A DNA stretch of 64,000 nt from Candidatus Binatia bacterium. GTDB lineage: Bacteria > Desulfobacterota > Binatia > UBA9968 > CAXXLF01. Position 1 is the stretch's first letter. Each line of letters opens with the position of its first letter. The translations under genes and the position numbers were made by a program. This document shows positions 29,506 to 40,694 of the stretch, piece by piece. Location of the stretch: NCBI GenBank assembly GCA_963664015.2, contig CAXXLF010000002.1, positions 704,001 to 768,000 of the forward strand, in the 5' to 3' direction. The notes under the pieces are model-generated. The model did not search any database and was not told where the DNA came from. It was given only the letters and a program-made list of their open reading frames with translations.

Positions 29506-30228
29506 ATGGCATTAGAAGAGATTCGTATCCCGCGTGAAGGCGGGGATATCGGCGGCTTGTTGGCGGCTCCCTCGGGGAACGGTCCCTTTCCGGGAATCGT
29601 GTTGATCCCCACGGTACGGGCCTTTGATGATTTCGTCCGCTACGCGGTTGGGCGGCTTGCCGGTGACGGCTGGGTAACCCTGGGAGTCAATATATTCGAC
29701 CACCCGGGCGTTCCCGAAGATCCGTTCAAACGGCCGGGGGCCCAACCGGACGAGCAAATCCTGACAGACCTGAACGCGGGCCTGAACCTGTTAAAAAACA
29801 ATCCTCTCGTGAAGGGGCAGCCCATATTCGCTTGGGGCTACTGCATTGGAGGCCGTTTCTCCCTGCTCTGGCCGACCTATCAGAAGGAGATTGCAGGCGC
29901 TGCCGCCTTCCATGGATTCCCGACCAACGACACCTCGAATCCCAATACGCCGACCGAACCCGCCGGCCGGATGGCCCAGTTGACGGTCCCGGTTATCGGC
30001 TGCTTCGGAGAGGCCGACCGATTGGTTCCTATGAAAGAAGTGGAACGTTACCGTAGTGAGCTTTCCCAGCATAAAAAGAACTTCGAGATTCACACCTACC
30101 CGGGGACCGATCACGGGTTCACTAATCCAAAGGGATCCGCTTACAAACAAGAGTTCGCCGAGGATGCCTGGAAGCGGGCTACCGATTTCCTCCGTCGCTC
30201 AGCAGCGACTGCAAAGGGCAACCCATGA
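29506..30228 (+). CDS. Dienelactone hydrolase-family protein
   Basis: 240 aa; WGYCIGG nucleophile elbow, FGEAD, YPGTDHGF, AEDAWKR. Confidence 0.9.
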   Translation: MALEEIRIPREGGDIGGLLAAPSGNGPFPGIVLIPTVRAFDDFVRYAVGRLAGDGWVTLGVNIFDHPGVPEDPFKRPGAQPDEQILTDLNAGLNLLKNNPLVKGQPIFAWGYCIGGRFSLLWPTYQKEIAGAAAFHGFPTNDTSNPNTPTEPAGRMAQLTVPVIGCFGEADRLVPMKEVERYRSELSQHKKNFEIHTYPGTDHGFTNPKGSAYKQEFAEDAWKRATDFLRRSAATAKGNP

Positions 30229-31100
30229 AACCTCCGCGTTTTGAATACTACGATCCCCGAACTGTGGAAGAGGCGCTGAAGCTATTCACCGATCAACCGG
30301 GTGAGAGCAAGGTCCTGTCCGGCGGCCAAAGCCTGATGCCGCTCCTGAACATGAGGCTGCTCCGGCCCAAGGCAATCATCGATATCAACCGCATTGAAAG
30401 CCTAAAAACGGTGCGGCCGTGGAATCAGGGTCTTTCCGTCGGCGCAGGGGTAGCCGTACTAGCCATTGAAACGGACCGCCAGTTCGCCGAGCGTCTTCCC
30501 ATCCTGTATGATGCGGCCCGCCACATCGCCCATCCCCAGATCCGCAGCCGTGGCACCATCTGCGGCAGCATCGCCCATGCGGATTCGGCGGCCGAGCTGC
30601 CGGCTTTGGCGGTTGCCTTGAAAGCAGAAATGGTGGCCACGGGGTCCAGTGGAACTCGAACTATTTCCAGCGACGAATTTTTCATCAGCTACTTCACAAC
30701 GAGTCTTCAGCCCAACGAGATCCTGACGGAGGTCCGCTTTCCCGCCCCTCCCGAAAAGATGGCCTGGTCCTTTCTCGAGGTTAGCCGGCGCCATGGGGAC
30801 TTTGCAATGGTGGGAATCGTGACCGGCCTGGAACTGGATCCGACGGGAAAGCAAATCAAGGACGCCCGCCTGGTTTACTTCGGCGTTGGACCGACACCGG
30901 TGAGACTCGAAGAAGCCGAACAGGCCCTGGTCGGTCAAGCACCGGGACAACCGGCATTTCAGGCCGCATCGGATGTTGCCAGCAAAACATTAGACCCTGA
31001 CAACGACCTGCACGCGTCGGCGGACTACCGCCGCCATGTGGCCGGGGCTTTGACCCGGCGTTCGCTGGACCAGGCATGGCGCAAACTTGGAGGCAACTGA
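30225..31100 (+). CDS. Mo-hydroxylase FAD-binding medium subunit (CoxM-like) #1
   Basis: 291 aa; MKPPRFEY, SGGQSLMPLLNMRL, IAHPQIRSRGTICGS, RRHGDFA, ASADYRR. Confidence 0.92.
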   Translation: MKPPRFEYYDPRTVEEALKLFTDQPGESKVLSGGQSLMPLLNMRLLRPKAIIDINRIESLKTVRPWNQGLSVGAGVAVLAIETDRQFAERLPILYDAARHIAHPQIRSRGTICGSIAHADSAAELPALAVALKAEMVATGSSGTRTISSDEFFISYFTTSLQPNEILTEVRFPAPPEKMAWSFLEVSRRHGDFAMVGIVTGLELDPTGKQIKDARLVYFGVGPTPVRLEEAEQALVGQAPGQPAFQAASDVASKTLDPDNDLHASADYRRHVAGALTRRSLDQAWRKLGGN

Positions 31101-31615
31101 TGGCAACCAACCGAACAGTCCAACTTAGAGTAAACGGCGTGGAGCACGAGGGAACGGTAGAGGTACGCAAGACCCTATCCGATTTCCTTCGGGAAGACTT
31201 AGGGCTTTGCGGCACCAACATCGGGTGCGAGCATGGCGTTTGCGGTGCCTGTACCGTGCTCATGAACGGTGAGACCGTTCGCTCCTGTCTCCTCCTCGCC
31301 GTACAAGCCGATGGTATGGAACTCATGACCGTCGAAGGCCTCGCCAGTCCCACCGGGGAGCTGCATCCCATCCAGGAAGCCTTCCGGGAAAAACACGGCC
31401 TCCAATGCGGTTTTTGTACCCCCGGTTTCCTGGTGACGACCTATAAACTTCTCCAATCCAACCCGAACCCTAGTCTTGACGAGATCAAGGAGTGGCTAGC
31501 GGGCCACCTGTGCCGGTGCACAGGGTACGAGGATATTCTCGAATCGGTCAAACTGGCGGCAGCCCGGCTGCGTGGCGAAAGTGACGCACCGCAGCCGCTT
31601 CCGAAATCATCTTAA
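31100..31615 (+). CDS. Mo-hydroxylase 2Fe-2S small subunit (CoxS-like) #1
   Basis: GCEHGVCGACTV, QCGFCTPG, HLCRCTGY; ATG overlaps the upstream TGA. Confidence 0.93.
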   Translation: MATNRTVQLRVNGVEHEGTVEVRKTLSDFLREDLGLCGTNIGCEHGVCGACTVLMNGETVRSCLLLAVQADGMELMTVEGLASPTGELHPIQEAFREKHGLQCGFCTPGFLVTTYKLLQSNPNPSLDEIKEWLAGHLCRCTGYEDILESVKLAAARLRGESDAPQPLPKSS

Positions 31616-31663
31616 TAGAGTTTACTATCTTGGCCTAAAGCGACGGGTCGCGAGGAAAATTCC

Positions 31664-32074
31664 ATGCGCAGGAGTTTCCCCTTGAAACATGCCGGAGGCT
31701 ATCGAGCCATGTAGGGCAAGGGATGTACGGCCCAAGGGACCTTTGCATTTCTCTCGGGGACTGAAGGCATCGATGCAGAAACGCTAAAGGTCCTTCCCAC
31801 GATGGATGAGCATGTCGACATGGCCTGGGACAAGATCAAGGAGCGACTGGGCGATATGGGAACCTCGTGCGATGATATCGTACAAAAAATAACTTTCGTG
31901 ACAGAAATGGACGAATGGTTCCGCCACGATATCTGGTACCAGAACCGCTGGCTAAAAAAGAACAGTCCCAAGCTGATGGAAGAGGAACCTGCTGGAACTC
32001 TGCTTCAAGTTTCCCGCCTAGCCCTCCCGGAAATGAAGGTGGAAATCCAGGTCATCGCCGTGGTTCCAGAATAG
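31664..32074 (+). pseudogene. RidA/YjgF-family gene interrupted by a single in-frame TAG (31712-31714)
   Basis: MRRSFPLKHAGGYRAM*GKGCTAQGTFAFLSGTEGID...PAGTLLQVSRLALPEMKVEIQVIA; GAGGA RBS before ATG 31664; in frame with ORF 31802-32074. Confidence 0.75.
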
Positions 32075-32094
32075 ATCTTCCAAGAAAGAAACCT

Positions 32095-34515
32095 ATGGCC
32101 GAAAGCATCAAGCACCCAAAAGATCTTCCCATCACTCAGCCGCGCTATGTGGCCCGCGACGTTCCCCGTGCCGAGGATCCTATGCTTCTTACGGGTAAGG
32201 CCGAATTCGGCAATGACATCCAGCTACCGGGAATGTTGCACGCGGCGATTCTGAGGAGCCCCCACCCGCACGCCTTAATCAAGCGCATCGATACCTCGCG
32301 AGCGGAGAAGCTTCCAGGCGTAAGCGCTGTATTGACAGGACAGGAGGTCAAGCAGTGGTCCAGCCCCGTTTTTGGCATACCCGAAGGGTGGACCGGCTAT
32401 GCCCTGGCCGTTGAGAAAACCCATTGGGTCGGTGAACCCGTTGCCGTAGTCGCCGCTAGGAACCGGTATATAGCTGAAGACGCGCTGGAATTGATCGAAG
32501 TCGATTACGAGCCCCTTGAACCGGTCGTTGACGCCGTCAAGGCGGCTCGAGGGGAAGGGCCTTACGTTCTCGAAGGAAAGGAAAGCAACATCGCCTACGC
32601 GCGCAAGTTCTCCTACGGGAATACCCAGGGGGCCTTTGACGCTGCGGATGTCGTGGTCAAGGAAAAGTTCCGTTGGCATCGGAGCAGCGGCAATTCCATC
32701 GAGACGTGCATCTGCATCGCCGACTGGGATCCGGTGACGAATATGCTGACGCTGCGTGGCAGCCATCGCTCGCCCCACCTGATCCTGCCGGCTGTGGTCT
32801 TTTCCCTCGGTCTCCCATCCTCCAATATTCGGATCGTTCAATCCAACCTGGGAGGCAGCTTCGGCGTCAAAACATTCGCCCGCTACGTGACACTGATCTC
32901 CCTCATGGCCAAAAAGCTCGGCGGCCGTCCGGTCAAATGGACCGAAGACCGGATCGAGCACATGATTGGGAACAGCAGCCATGCCTGGGACCGGTTCTAC
33001 GAGTGTGAATTGGCCCTAAAGCGCGACGGTACGTTAACGGGGATGAGGGTCGACATGATCGATGACATGGGCGCCTTCTCCGAATGGCTCGCCGTCGGCC
33101 AGGTCATCAAACCGATCCTTGCCTTCGGCAGCTGCTACCATCTCCCCAACTTCGAGTACGACACCAAGGCCGTCATAACCAACAAGGTTCCCCAGGGGCC
33201 TATGCGGGCCTTTGGCCTACCACCGCATTTTTGGGTCCTCGAGCAACTGATGGACATGGCAGCAAAAGAACTCGGCATGGACCCCATAGAGCTGCGCCGG
33301 CGAAACCTGATCAGCAAGGACAGCTTCCCCTACGAGCTGCCTTCGGGAAACGTCTACGACAGCGGCAACTACGAGGAAGGCCTCGCAATGTTGATCGACA
33401 AGTCCGGTTACAGTGAACTCAAGCACGAACAGGAACAGGCCCGCTCGGAGGGCCGGCTCGTAGGCTTGAGCGTAGTCAGTAGCATCGAGCCGGGGTTGAC
33501 CGGGCCGCCCATGCTCTCCCTGGCATCGCCCCGTATCTTCACACGCACTTCGTCGCCCGAGGGCGTTCTCATCCGCATCGACCAGTTTGGCAAGGTGATC
33601 GTGGAAGTGGGCTTCCCCGAGGGGGGACAAAGCCAGCACAGCTTCGTACGCCAGATCCTCGCCGATTACTTTTCCATGACGCTCGACGACATCAGGGTCA
33701 TCACCGTCGACAGCCTGACCATGCAGCCTGGTACGGGGCCCATTTCCAGCTCATTGGCAATCGCGCTGAGCGGTGCCGTGCTCGGAGCCGCTCAGAGACT
33801 CACCGACAAACTCGCACGTGTCGCAGCCACCATGCTGGAAGCTACGCCTGGTGATATCGAATTTTTCGACGGAATGTTCCGGGTGCGCGGCGTTCCTGAA
33901 AAGGCCCTGCCGACCATGAAGGTTGTGATGTCCATGACCATGCGTCCCGACTTGCTTCCCGAAAACGTCGACGCCAATCCGGAGGCAACTTACGTATGGA
34001 ATCCACCGGACCGCAGCATTCCCGACGAGCATGGCTGGGGACGTTACAGCGTCACAGCTACCAGCGCTCAGCATCTGTGCATGGTGGAAGTAGACAGAGA
34101 TACCGGCATGGTAGAGATTCTCAAGTACGTCATGGTGGATGATTGCGGCGTACGACTGAACCCGAGTGTGGTGCGCGGCATGCTGCTCGGGGGGCTCGCC
34201 CATGGAGTCGGGGTCGCGCTCCTTGAGGAATATGTATACGACGACCAGGGACAGATCCTGACATCGACTTACATGGACTACCTGATGCCTAGGATCACGG
34301 ACGTGCCCTCGCCCGAGCAGTACGAGATGTGCACACCCTCTCCCATTACCGCTTTGGGCGTCAAAGGCGTTGGCGAGGCGGCGGTTCACACCGCCCCCGC
34401 CGCCATTCTCTGCGCCGTCAACAACGCCCTCGAGCCCCTGGGAATCCGCGTCACCGAAGCGCCATTTTCACCCTTGAGGCTCTGGAACGCCATCCACGGC
34501 CGCCCAAAGGCTTGA
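32095..34515 (+). CDS. Mo-hydroxylase large subunit (CoxL-like) #2
   Basis: PRAEDPMLLTG, RSPHPHA, GGSFGVK, GPMRAFG, YDSGNY, DDCGVRLNP, GVKGVGE; start reassigned to ATG 32095. Confidence 0.92.
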   Translation: MAESIKHPKDLPITQPRYVARDVPRAEDPMLLTGKAEFGNDIQLPGMLHAAILRSPHPHALIKRIDTSRAEKLPGVSAVLTGQEVKQWSSPVFGIPEGWTGYALAVEKTHWVGEPVAVVAARNRYIAEDALELIEVDYEPLEPVVDAVKAARGEGPYVLEGKESNIAYARKFSYGNTQGAFDAADVVVKEKFRWHRSSGNSIETCICIADWDPVTNMLTLRGSHRSPHLILPAVVFSLGLPSSNIRIVQSNLGGSFGVKTFARYVTLISLMAKKLGGRPVKWTEDRIEHMIGNSSHAWDRFYECELALKRDGTLTGMRVDMIDDMGAFSEWLAVGQVIKPILAFGSCYHLPNFEYDTKAVITNKVPQGPMRAFGLPPHFWVLEQLMDMAAKELGMDPIELRRRNLISKDSFPYELPSGNVYDSGNYEEGLAMLIDKSGYSELKHEQEQARSEGRLVGLSVVSSIEPGLTGPPMLSLASPRIFTRTSSPEGVLIRIDQFGKVIVEVGFPEGGQSQHSFVRQILADYFSMTLDDIRVITVDSLTMQPGTGPISSSLAIALSGAVLGAAQRLTDKLARVAATMLEATPGDIEFFDGMFRVRGVPEKALPTMKVVMSMTMRPDLLPENVDANPEATYVWNPPDRSIPDEHGWGRYSVTATSAQHLCMVEVDRDTGMVEILKYVMVDDCGVRLNPSVVRGMLLGGLAHGVGVALLEEYVYDDQGQILTSTYMDYLMPRITDVPSPEQYEMCTPSPITALGVKGVGEAAVHTAPAAILCAVNNALEPLGIRVTEAPFSPLRLWNAIHGRPKA

Positions 34516-34806
34516 GAGAAATCGCAGCCCCTGAGATCCGGGATCCCTATAGCCCAAGAAAACACCGCCGCTACAGATTGGCCATATTTTTCCCAGTCCT
34601 AATTTTCAGCTGTATTCCCCGATCCAGTCATACTTTTGATTCCAAATCATCACCTGGCCTGAGTGTCTCCAAGCCGGTTTTTCACCACCGGTACAAGGGC
34701 AAATTGTAAATCACGGTAGAGTAAGACCCTTCTATCTCAATCGAGTCATTTATTATTGACTCAATTGTGTGTCTCGTGCATTGAATCGTATCGTGATGAG
34801 AAGAGC

Positions 34807-36679
34807 ATGAGCCAATCCACTGCCTGGTCGACCAACGACATCATCGACACAGTTTGCCGCTACTGGGGGTACTCGGAGCTGCGCTCGCTCTAAGAGCAAG
34901 CGATTCAAGCAGGCCTCGAGCGGCGCGACTCGCTCGTCGTAATGCCGACGGAAGGCGGCAAATCGTTGTGCTACCAGGTTCCCGCCGAACTGGCCCAAAG
35001 GACGGACATCGTGGTCTCGCCGCTCATCTCGTTGATGAAGGATCAGGTCGATGGGCTACGGGATGTGGGTATGGGGTTACGGCCCTCTACAGCGGCATGC
35101 CTCCCGATGATGTCCGTAAGACCGGAACCGAAATTGCCGCTGGTCGCTATCGGCTGGTGTTTGTGGCGCCGGAGCGTTTGTTGACACCGCGCTTCCTCCA
35201 GCTAATCAAAAGGCTTGAAGTGCGAGCATTCGCCATCGATGAAGCCCACTGCATTAGCCACTGGGGGCATGACTTCCGGCCCGAATACCGCCGGCTCGCC
35301 GAGATCAAGACTCGCTTCCCGCAAGCCAGCATCCACCCCTACACGGCAACGGCCACGGAGCGCGTACGCGCCAACATCGTCGAGCAGTTGGGTCTGCGGA
35401 ACCCGGCGGTTCTCGTCGGCATTTTCGACCGTCCCAATCTGGTGTACCGGATCATTCCCCGTATCGATGTAAAAAGACAGGTGATCGAGGAGCTGCGACG
35501 TCACCCCAACGAGGTAGCAATCGTCTACTGCATCAGTCGGAGGGACACCGAATCAATGGCCGAGTTTCTGCAAGGGAATCGGTTACGCGCCGCCTTCTAC
35601 CACGCCGGCATGGAGGCGGACGAACGCCGTAGTACGCAAGACGCGTTTGCCGCGGAGGATATCGACGTAGTGGTGGCAACGGTCGCGTTCGGCATGGGGA
35701 TCGATCGCAGCAACGTGCGCTACGTCATTCACGCTGCTATGCCTAAATCCATCGAGCACTATCAGCAGGAGACGGGCCGCGCCGGGCGCGATGGGCTGGA
35801 AGCCGAGTGTGTGCTGCTGTACTCGGCCGCGGATGTCCTCAGCTGGAAATCATTGATCGAGAAGAGCGCGGCCGAATTTAGCGCCGTCAACGAGATAATC
35901 GCCGCATCGCGTGTGCTACTCTAACACATGCGTCGCTTGTGCACCGGCGTGCATTGCCGGCACCGCAAGCTGTCCGAATACTTCGGGCAGGAATACCCCA
36001 AACCGGCCTGCGAAGCCTGTGACGTCTGGCACAACGAAGTCGAGGGCATCGCTGATGCAACCGCCACGGCCCAGAACATACTGGCGTGTGTGGCCCGAGC
36101 GGGCGAGCGCTTCGGTGCGAAGCACATCGTGGACGTACTGTTGGGCGCCAACACCGAGCGCATGCGACGCTGGCGCCACGAGGAACTCACCACCTACGGC
36201 TTGATGAAGGGCACAAACCGCAAGGCCATCACCAGTATGCCTACCAGCTCCTGGATGACGGCCTCCTTGACCGAACCGCCGAAGAGCGTCCGGTTCTACG
36301 GCTCAACGGTGCGTCGTGGGCGGTACTACGCGGTAAACGCACTGTGCGGCTCCTGCAGCCAAAAACGGAGGTGAGAAAGAACCGATTCCACCAGGAATCA
36401 TGGGAGGGCGTCGACCGCGGTTTGTTCGATAACCTTCGGACCTTACGGCGAGAACTCGCCGAAGAGCGGGGCGTACCCGCCTATGTTTTGTTCAACGACG
36501 GCACGCTGCGCGACATGGCACGGGTCCGGCCGGGATCGGCGGTCGCGCTTCTCGATATTCGAGGCGTCGGGGAACGCAAGCTCGCAGATTTCGGACAGGG
36601 CTTCCTCGAACTCATCGCGACCTACTGTCGTACCAATGGCATACCGCTGGACGCGGGCATGCACAACTGGTCCCGATAG
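34807..36679 (+). pseudogene. recQ: RecQ DNA helicase pseudogene
   Basis: YWGYSELRSL*EQAI...[56 protein letters not shown], plus RQC and HRDC (VPAYVLFND) pieces spread over several frames with internal stops. Confidence 0.9.
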
Positions 36680-36868
36680 GTGGACGGGCCTCGAAACCTG
36701 CGTGAACGTTATTCGACCAAGCCGCAACGTTTGGGGTTCGGGCCGATTCCCCTCCTGGGGTCAAGCAGACCTTTTTAACTTTTGGGTGCATCGCCCTTCT
36801 CTGAGTGCATTGCTCAACTTCTCCACCACCCTTTGCCTGTGTCTCTTGGATTATTGAGGCTCCTTCCC

Positions 36869-37968
36869 CTACGTCAGGGAATAGCTGGTACTGCGCCCAC
36901 CGCCACCGTCTTTAATAAGAACACCCCGATTAACAAGGTCTTGTATATCACGTAAGGCCGTATCCTGTGAGCATTTGGCAATCGTCGCCCATTTGAATGA
37001 CGTTAGCTTGCCCTCCAATCCGCCCAGGAGATTGTTCAACATCATACGTTGGCGATTATTGAACGATGTGTCGGCATAGTTTTTCCAAAACTCAGCCTTG
37101 AGTAAAACTCCGGCTAACGTTTCTTCCGTACCGTCAAAAGCACGGTCGAGGCAGCCGAGAAACCATTCCATCCACGGGGTGATATCAAGACTGGCTTTTT
37201 GTGTTTTCTCCAACATGTCGTAGTAGGCCTTTCGTTCGATCCTGATCTGCGCCGACATGCTGTAAAATCGTTGCGCACTCTGTTCGGAACGGACCAGCGT
37301 CATATCGGCAATCGCTCGTGCAATGCGTCCGTTTCCATCGTCAAAGGGGTGAATGGTCACAAACCACAAATGGGCAAGCCCGGCCCGCAAGACAGGGTCC
37401 GTCCCGTCAGTGCCGTTGAACCACCTGAGAAACTACATCATTTCTTCCTTAAGGCGCTTTGCTGCAGGTGCCTCAAAATGCACATACTGCCGTCCCAACA
37501 CCCCGGACACCACTTGCATCGGTCCTCCCGCATCATCCCGCCATCAACCCACTTTGATCTTCCTCATGCCGCTGTAAGCCCTCGGTAAAAGCGAGGCATG
37601 CCAGATGAACAATCGCTCAGCAGTCAGCGGAGTATTATCATTCTGCGAAGCGTTCAGCATCCTTTCGACCACGCCCTCAACATTACGGTCGAAAGGCGCC
37701 AGCGCACCTGTCTCCATTCCCAACCGCTTTGCAATGGAAGAACGTACCTGCTCGCGACTTAAAATTTCTCCTTCTATCTCGGAAGATTTAACAACCTCCA
37801 AGGTTAGCGTCTCAAGCGTTGCTTCCGCTCGCAAAGGGAACCCTAGAGTCTCCATGCGACCCATCAAGCGCCCCTGCGGTGGCGTAACGCCGCCAGCGGG
37901 CTAGCCAACCTTTCCGTGTCCCACCGGAAATGCGGCCAATCTGACAATTCATAAATATAGCGATTCAA
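36869..37968 (-). pseudogene. Fic-family (DUF4172 + Fic) protein pseudogene
   Basis: YIYELSDWPHFRWD N-terminus, SSEIEGE, VG*WRDD, HPFDDGNGRIAR Fic motif, GGGRSTSY C-terminus; two frameshifts and a stop. Confidence 0.88.
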
Positions 37969-38177
37969 TCACCGCATTCTTCATTGAGATTCGCCGTATA
38001 TCCTACGGATTTTATAGGGCCATTCACCCCAAATATGCCTAATGCTGCCTCCGACACACACAAGTTTGACAACCTATCGATAGTAATGTTAAAGAGCAAG
38101 CATCGATGGGCGCGAACAATTTGACCAACCCCATTAACAACCCCCCCCGTTAACATAAAGGAAAGAGGCTCGTTCCA

Positions 38178-40604
38178 ATGGCAAAGTCGATTCCCGGAAG
38201 CTTCAGCGATATGCCCATGACCCAGCCACGCTACGTTGGTAAAGACGTTACGCGGATTGAGGACGTGACGCTGCTCACCGGTTGTGCTGAATTCACCAAT
38301 AACGTTTCATTGCCCAGCATGCTGCATGCGGCAGTCCTGCTAAGTCCCCACGCCCATGCCCGCATAACGCGCATCGACACCTCCAAGGCCCAAATGCTTA
38401 AGGGGGTGGTCGCCATTGTGACGGGAGAAGAAGCGAAACAATGGTCTGAGCCGGTGTCGGGCTTTCCCCAGGGTTGGGCAGGCCACTGCCTCGCCATAGA
38501 CAAGGTGCGATTTGTAGGCGACCCAATTGCAGCGGTAGCCGCCACCAGCCGTTACATCGCGGAAGACGCCCTCGACCTGATCGAAGTGGAGTACGACGTA
38601 CTCCCCCCCGTCGTCGATCCAGCCAAAGCCTTGGAACCTTCCAGCCCCCTACTCTACGAAGAGCGGGGAACCAACATTATCTACCAACGGGTTTTTACCT
38701 ATGGGGAGATTGATGAGGCCTTCGCCAAGGCCGACCTCGTAGTCAAAGACGACCTGAGGTGGCATCGAGCCAGCGGCAATCCCATCGAAACTATCGGCTG
38801 TATCTCTCAGTGGAATCAGACGGAGCAATCCTTAACAGCATGGGGTGGATTTCAAGGGACCGGGTTCTACACGCCGTCCATTAGCCAGGGGCTTCGAATC
38901 CCGTCCAATAAAATCCGTCTGGTCCCCCTACCCCATGGCGGGTCATTTGGCACCAAGATCTATCCCCATGCGGTCATACGAATGGCACTCCTGTCCCGCA
39001 AGGCCGGAGGCCGGCCGGTCAAATGGATTGAGGATCGTCTGGAACATCTCAAGGGAAGCTATACCCATGGTCCGGATCGTTTCCTGACCGCTGAGATGGC
39101 GCTAACACGCACGGGAGAGATCCTCGGTATTCGGATGAAGGTCCTCGATGATCTCGGGGGACACGCAGTGTCCGTAGCCCTTGGGAAAGCACTTAAACCC
39201 CTTTCTTGCCTTACGGGACCCTATCGCATGCGACACGCTCAGTACGATTTGACCGTCGTTGCCACCAACAAATGCCCGCAGGGTTCCTACCGCGGTTGGG
39301 GCGTGCCTACCCACAACCTGGGAATCGAGCATTGCATCGACCTGGCAGCGCGGGAATTGGGACTCGATCCCGCAGAGATTCGCCGCCAAAACTTGTTGAG
39401 ACCCGAGCAGTTTCCATACGAATCCCCCAACGGCGCTAGGTACGATAGCGGCAACTACGAGCGCACGCTGGACATGGCCTTGGATCTCGCCGGTTACAAG
39501 GAACTGCGAAAACAGCAAAGCGAGGCCCGCGCACAGGGAAGGCTGGTAGGGATCGGTGTGTTTACCGGAGTCGAGCTCAGCGGGGTGGCCATGAGCATGT
39601 TCACACTTTTGGGACCCAACTCACCCTTCGGCACCTCAATGCCTGAAAGCGTCCGAGTACGCATCGACGTGACCGGGAAGATCTTCGGTGAAGTGACCTT
39701 TCCCTGGGAAGGCCAAGGGCAACACAGCTTTGCCACCAGTATTTTGGCTGATTACTTTGGCGTCCCCCGTGAGCATGTCCAGGTCGTCGCCGTGGACAGC
39801 CTCGCCGCCGGGCCGGGGACAGGCCCCATCGGCAGCCGGCAGGCGGTGATGCTCTCCGGTGCAGTCCTTGGGGCGGCCGGCAAAATCGCGGACAAGCTGC
39901 GCAAGGTGGCCGGGATAATGATGGAGGTGGACGCTGAAGACATCGAGTTGATGGACGGGAAGCTACAGGTCAAGGGCTCGCCGAGCAAGGCCTTGCCTCT
40001 CCAGCAGGTCGTCGTAAGGATGCTCACCCGGTCGGACCTGTTGCCCGAGGACGTGGACGGCAACCCCGAAGCCAGCTACACTTACAATCCACCAGATCGC
40101 AAACTCCCCGACGACGAAGGGAGAGGGAGTTTCGATCTTACAGCTGCCAATTCGGCCCATGTGGTAATGGTAGAGGTCGATGCCGATACCGGACAGGTCA
40201 AAATCTTGAAGTATGCCATCTCGGACGATTGCGGCGTCAGATTGCAACCCGCCGTCGTGGAAGGAATGACTCAAGGTGCCGTGGCTCAGGGCGTGGGGAT
40301 GACGCTCCTGGAGGAACACGCATACGACGAAAACGGGCAGTACCTGAGTTCCACGTTCATGGACTATCTGATGCCCACTATTTGGGAGGTCCCCATAACC
40401 GAACGGAGCTTTACCGAGACCCCGTCACCGTTTTCTCCTCTGGGGATCAAGGGAGCAGGCGAAAGCGCCGTGCTAGCCACTCCTTCGGTATTGCTTAATG
40501 CCATCAACGACGCATTGGCACCCCTTGGAACGAGGTGTCGAACCATACCGGCGTCACCGCTGCGCCTATGGGAATTGATCCGCTCTGCTGAAAAGCAGGT
40601 TTGA
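38178..40604 (+). CDS. Mo-hydroxylase large subunit (CoxL-like) #3
   Basis: 808 aa; paralog of #2 (shared TQPRYV N-terminus); GGSFGTK, GSYRGWG, YDSGNY, GIKGAGE. Confidence 0.92.
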   Translation: MAKSIPGSFSDMPMTQPRYVGKDVTRIEDVTLLTGCAEFTNNVSLPSMLHAAVLLSPHAHARITRIDTSKAQMLKGVVAIVTGEEAKQWSEPVSGFPQGWAGHCLAIDKVRFVGDPIAAVAATSRYIAEDALDLIEVEYDVLPPVVDPAKALEPSSPLLYEERGTNIIYQRVFTYGEIDEAFAKADLVVKDDLRWHRASGNPIETIGCISQWNQTEQSLTAWGGFQGTGFYTPSISQGLRIPSNKIRLVPLPHGGSFGTKIYPHAVIRMALLSRKAGGRPVKWIEDRLEHLKGSYTHGPDRFLTAEMALTRTGEILGIRMKVLDDLGGHAVSVALGKALKPLSCLTGPYRMRHAQYDLTVVATNKCPQGSYRGWGVPTHNLGIEHCIDLAARELGLDPAEIRRQNLLRPEQFPYESPNGARYDSGNYERTLDMALDLAGYKELRKQQSEARAQGRLVGIGVFTGVELSGVAMSMFTLLGPNSPFGTSMPESVRVRIDVTGKIFGEVTFPWEGQGQHSFATSILADYFGVPREHVQVVAVDSLAAGPGTGPIGSRQAVMLSGAVLGAAGKIADKLRKVAGIMMEVDAEDIELMDGKLQVKGSPSKALPLQQVVVRMLTRSDLLPEDVDGNPEASYTYNPPDRKLPDDEGRGSFDLTAANSAHVVMVEVDADTGQVKILKYAISDDCGVRLQPAVVEGMTQGAVAQGVGMTLLEEHAYDENGQYLSSTFMDYLMPTIWEVPITERSFTETPSPFSPLGIKGAGESAVLATPSVLLNAINDALAPLGTRCRTIPASPLRLWELIRSAEKQV

Positions 40605-40627
40605 GAAAACAGAAAAGACAAAGAGGA

Positions 40628-40664
40628 CACGCGCAAAGACGCTAAGCACGCCAAGTTCAGAAAA
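40628..40664. repeat. ~38-bp intergenic repeat, copy 2
   Basis: See the copy at 1825-1863. Confidence 0.65.
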
Positions 40665-40694
40665 AATCGGTAAGGATCTAGGAGGTTAATTAAG

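Noticed and set aside
12304-37546. Selenocysteine recoding at in-frame TGA codons (DUF4105, amidohydrolase, Fic)
   Set aside because: The TGA codons are not at Cys-equivalent positions and the same genes carry frameshifts or truncations, which indicates ordinary decay.
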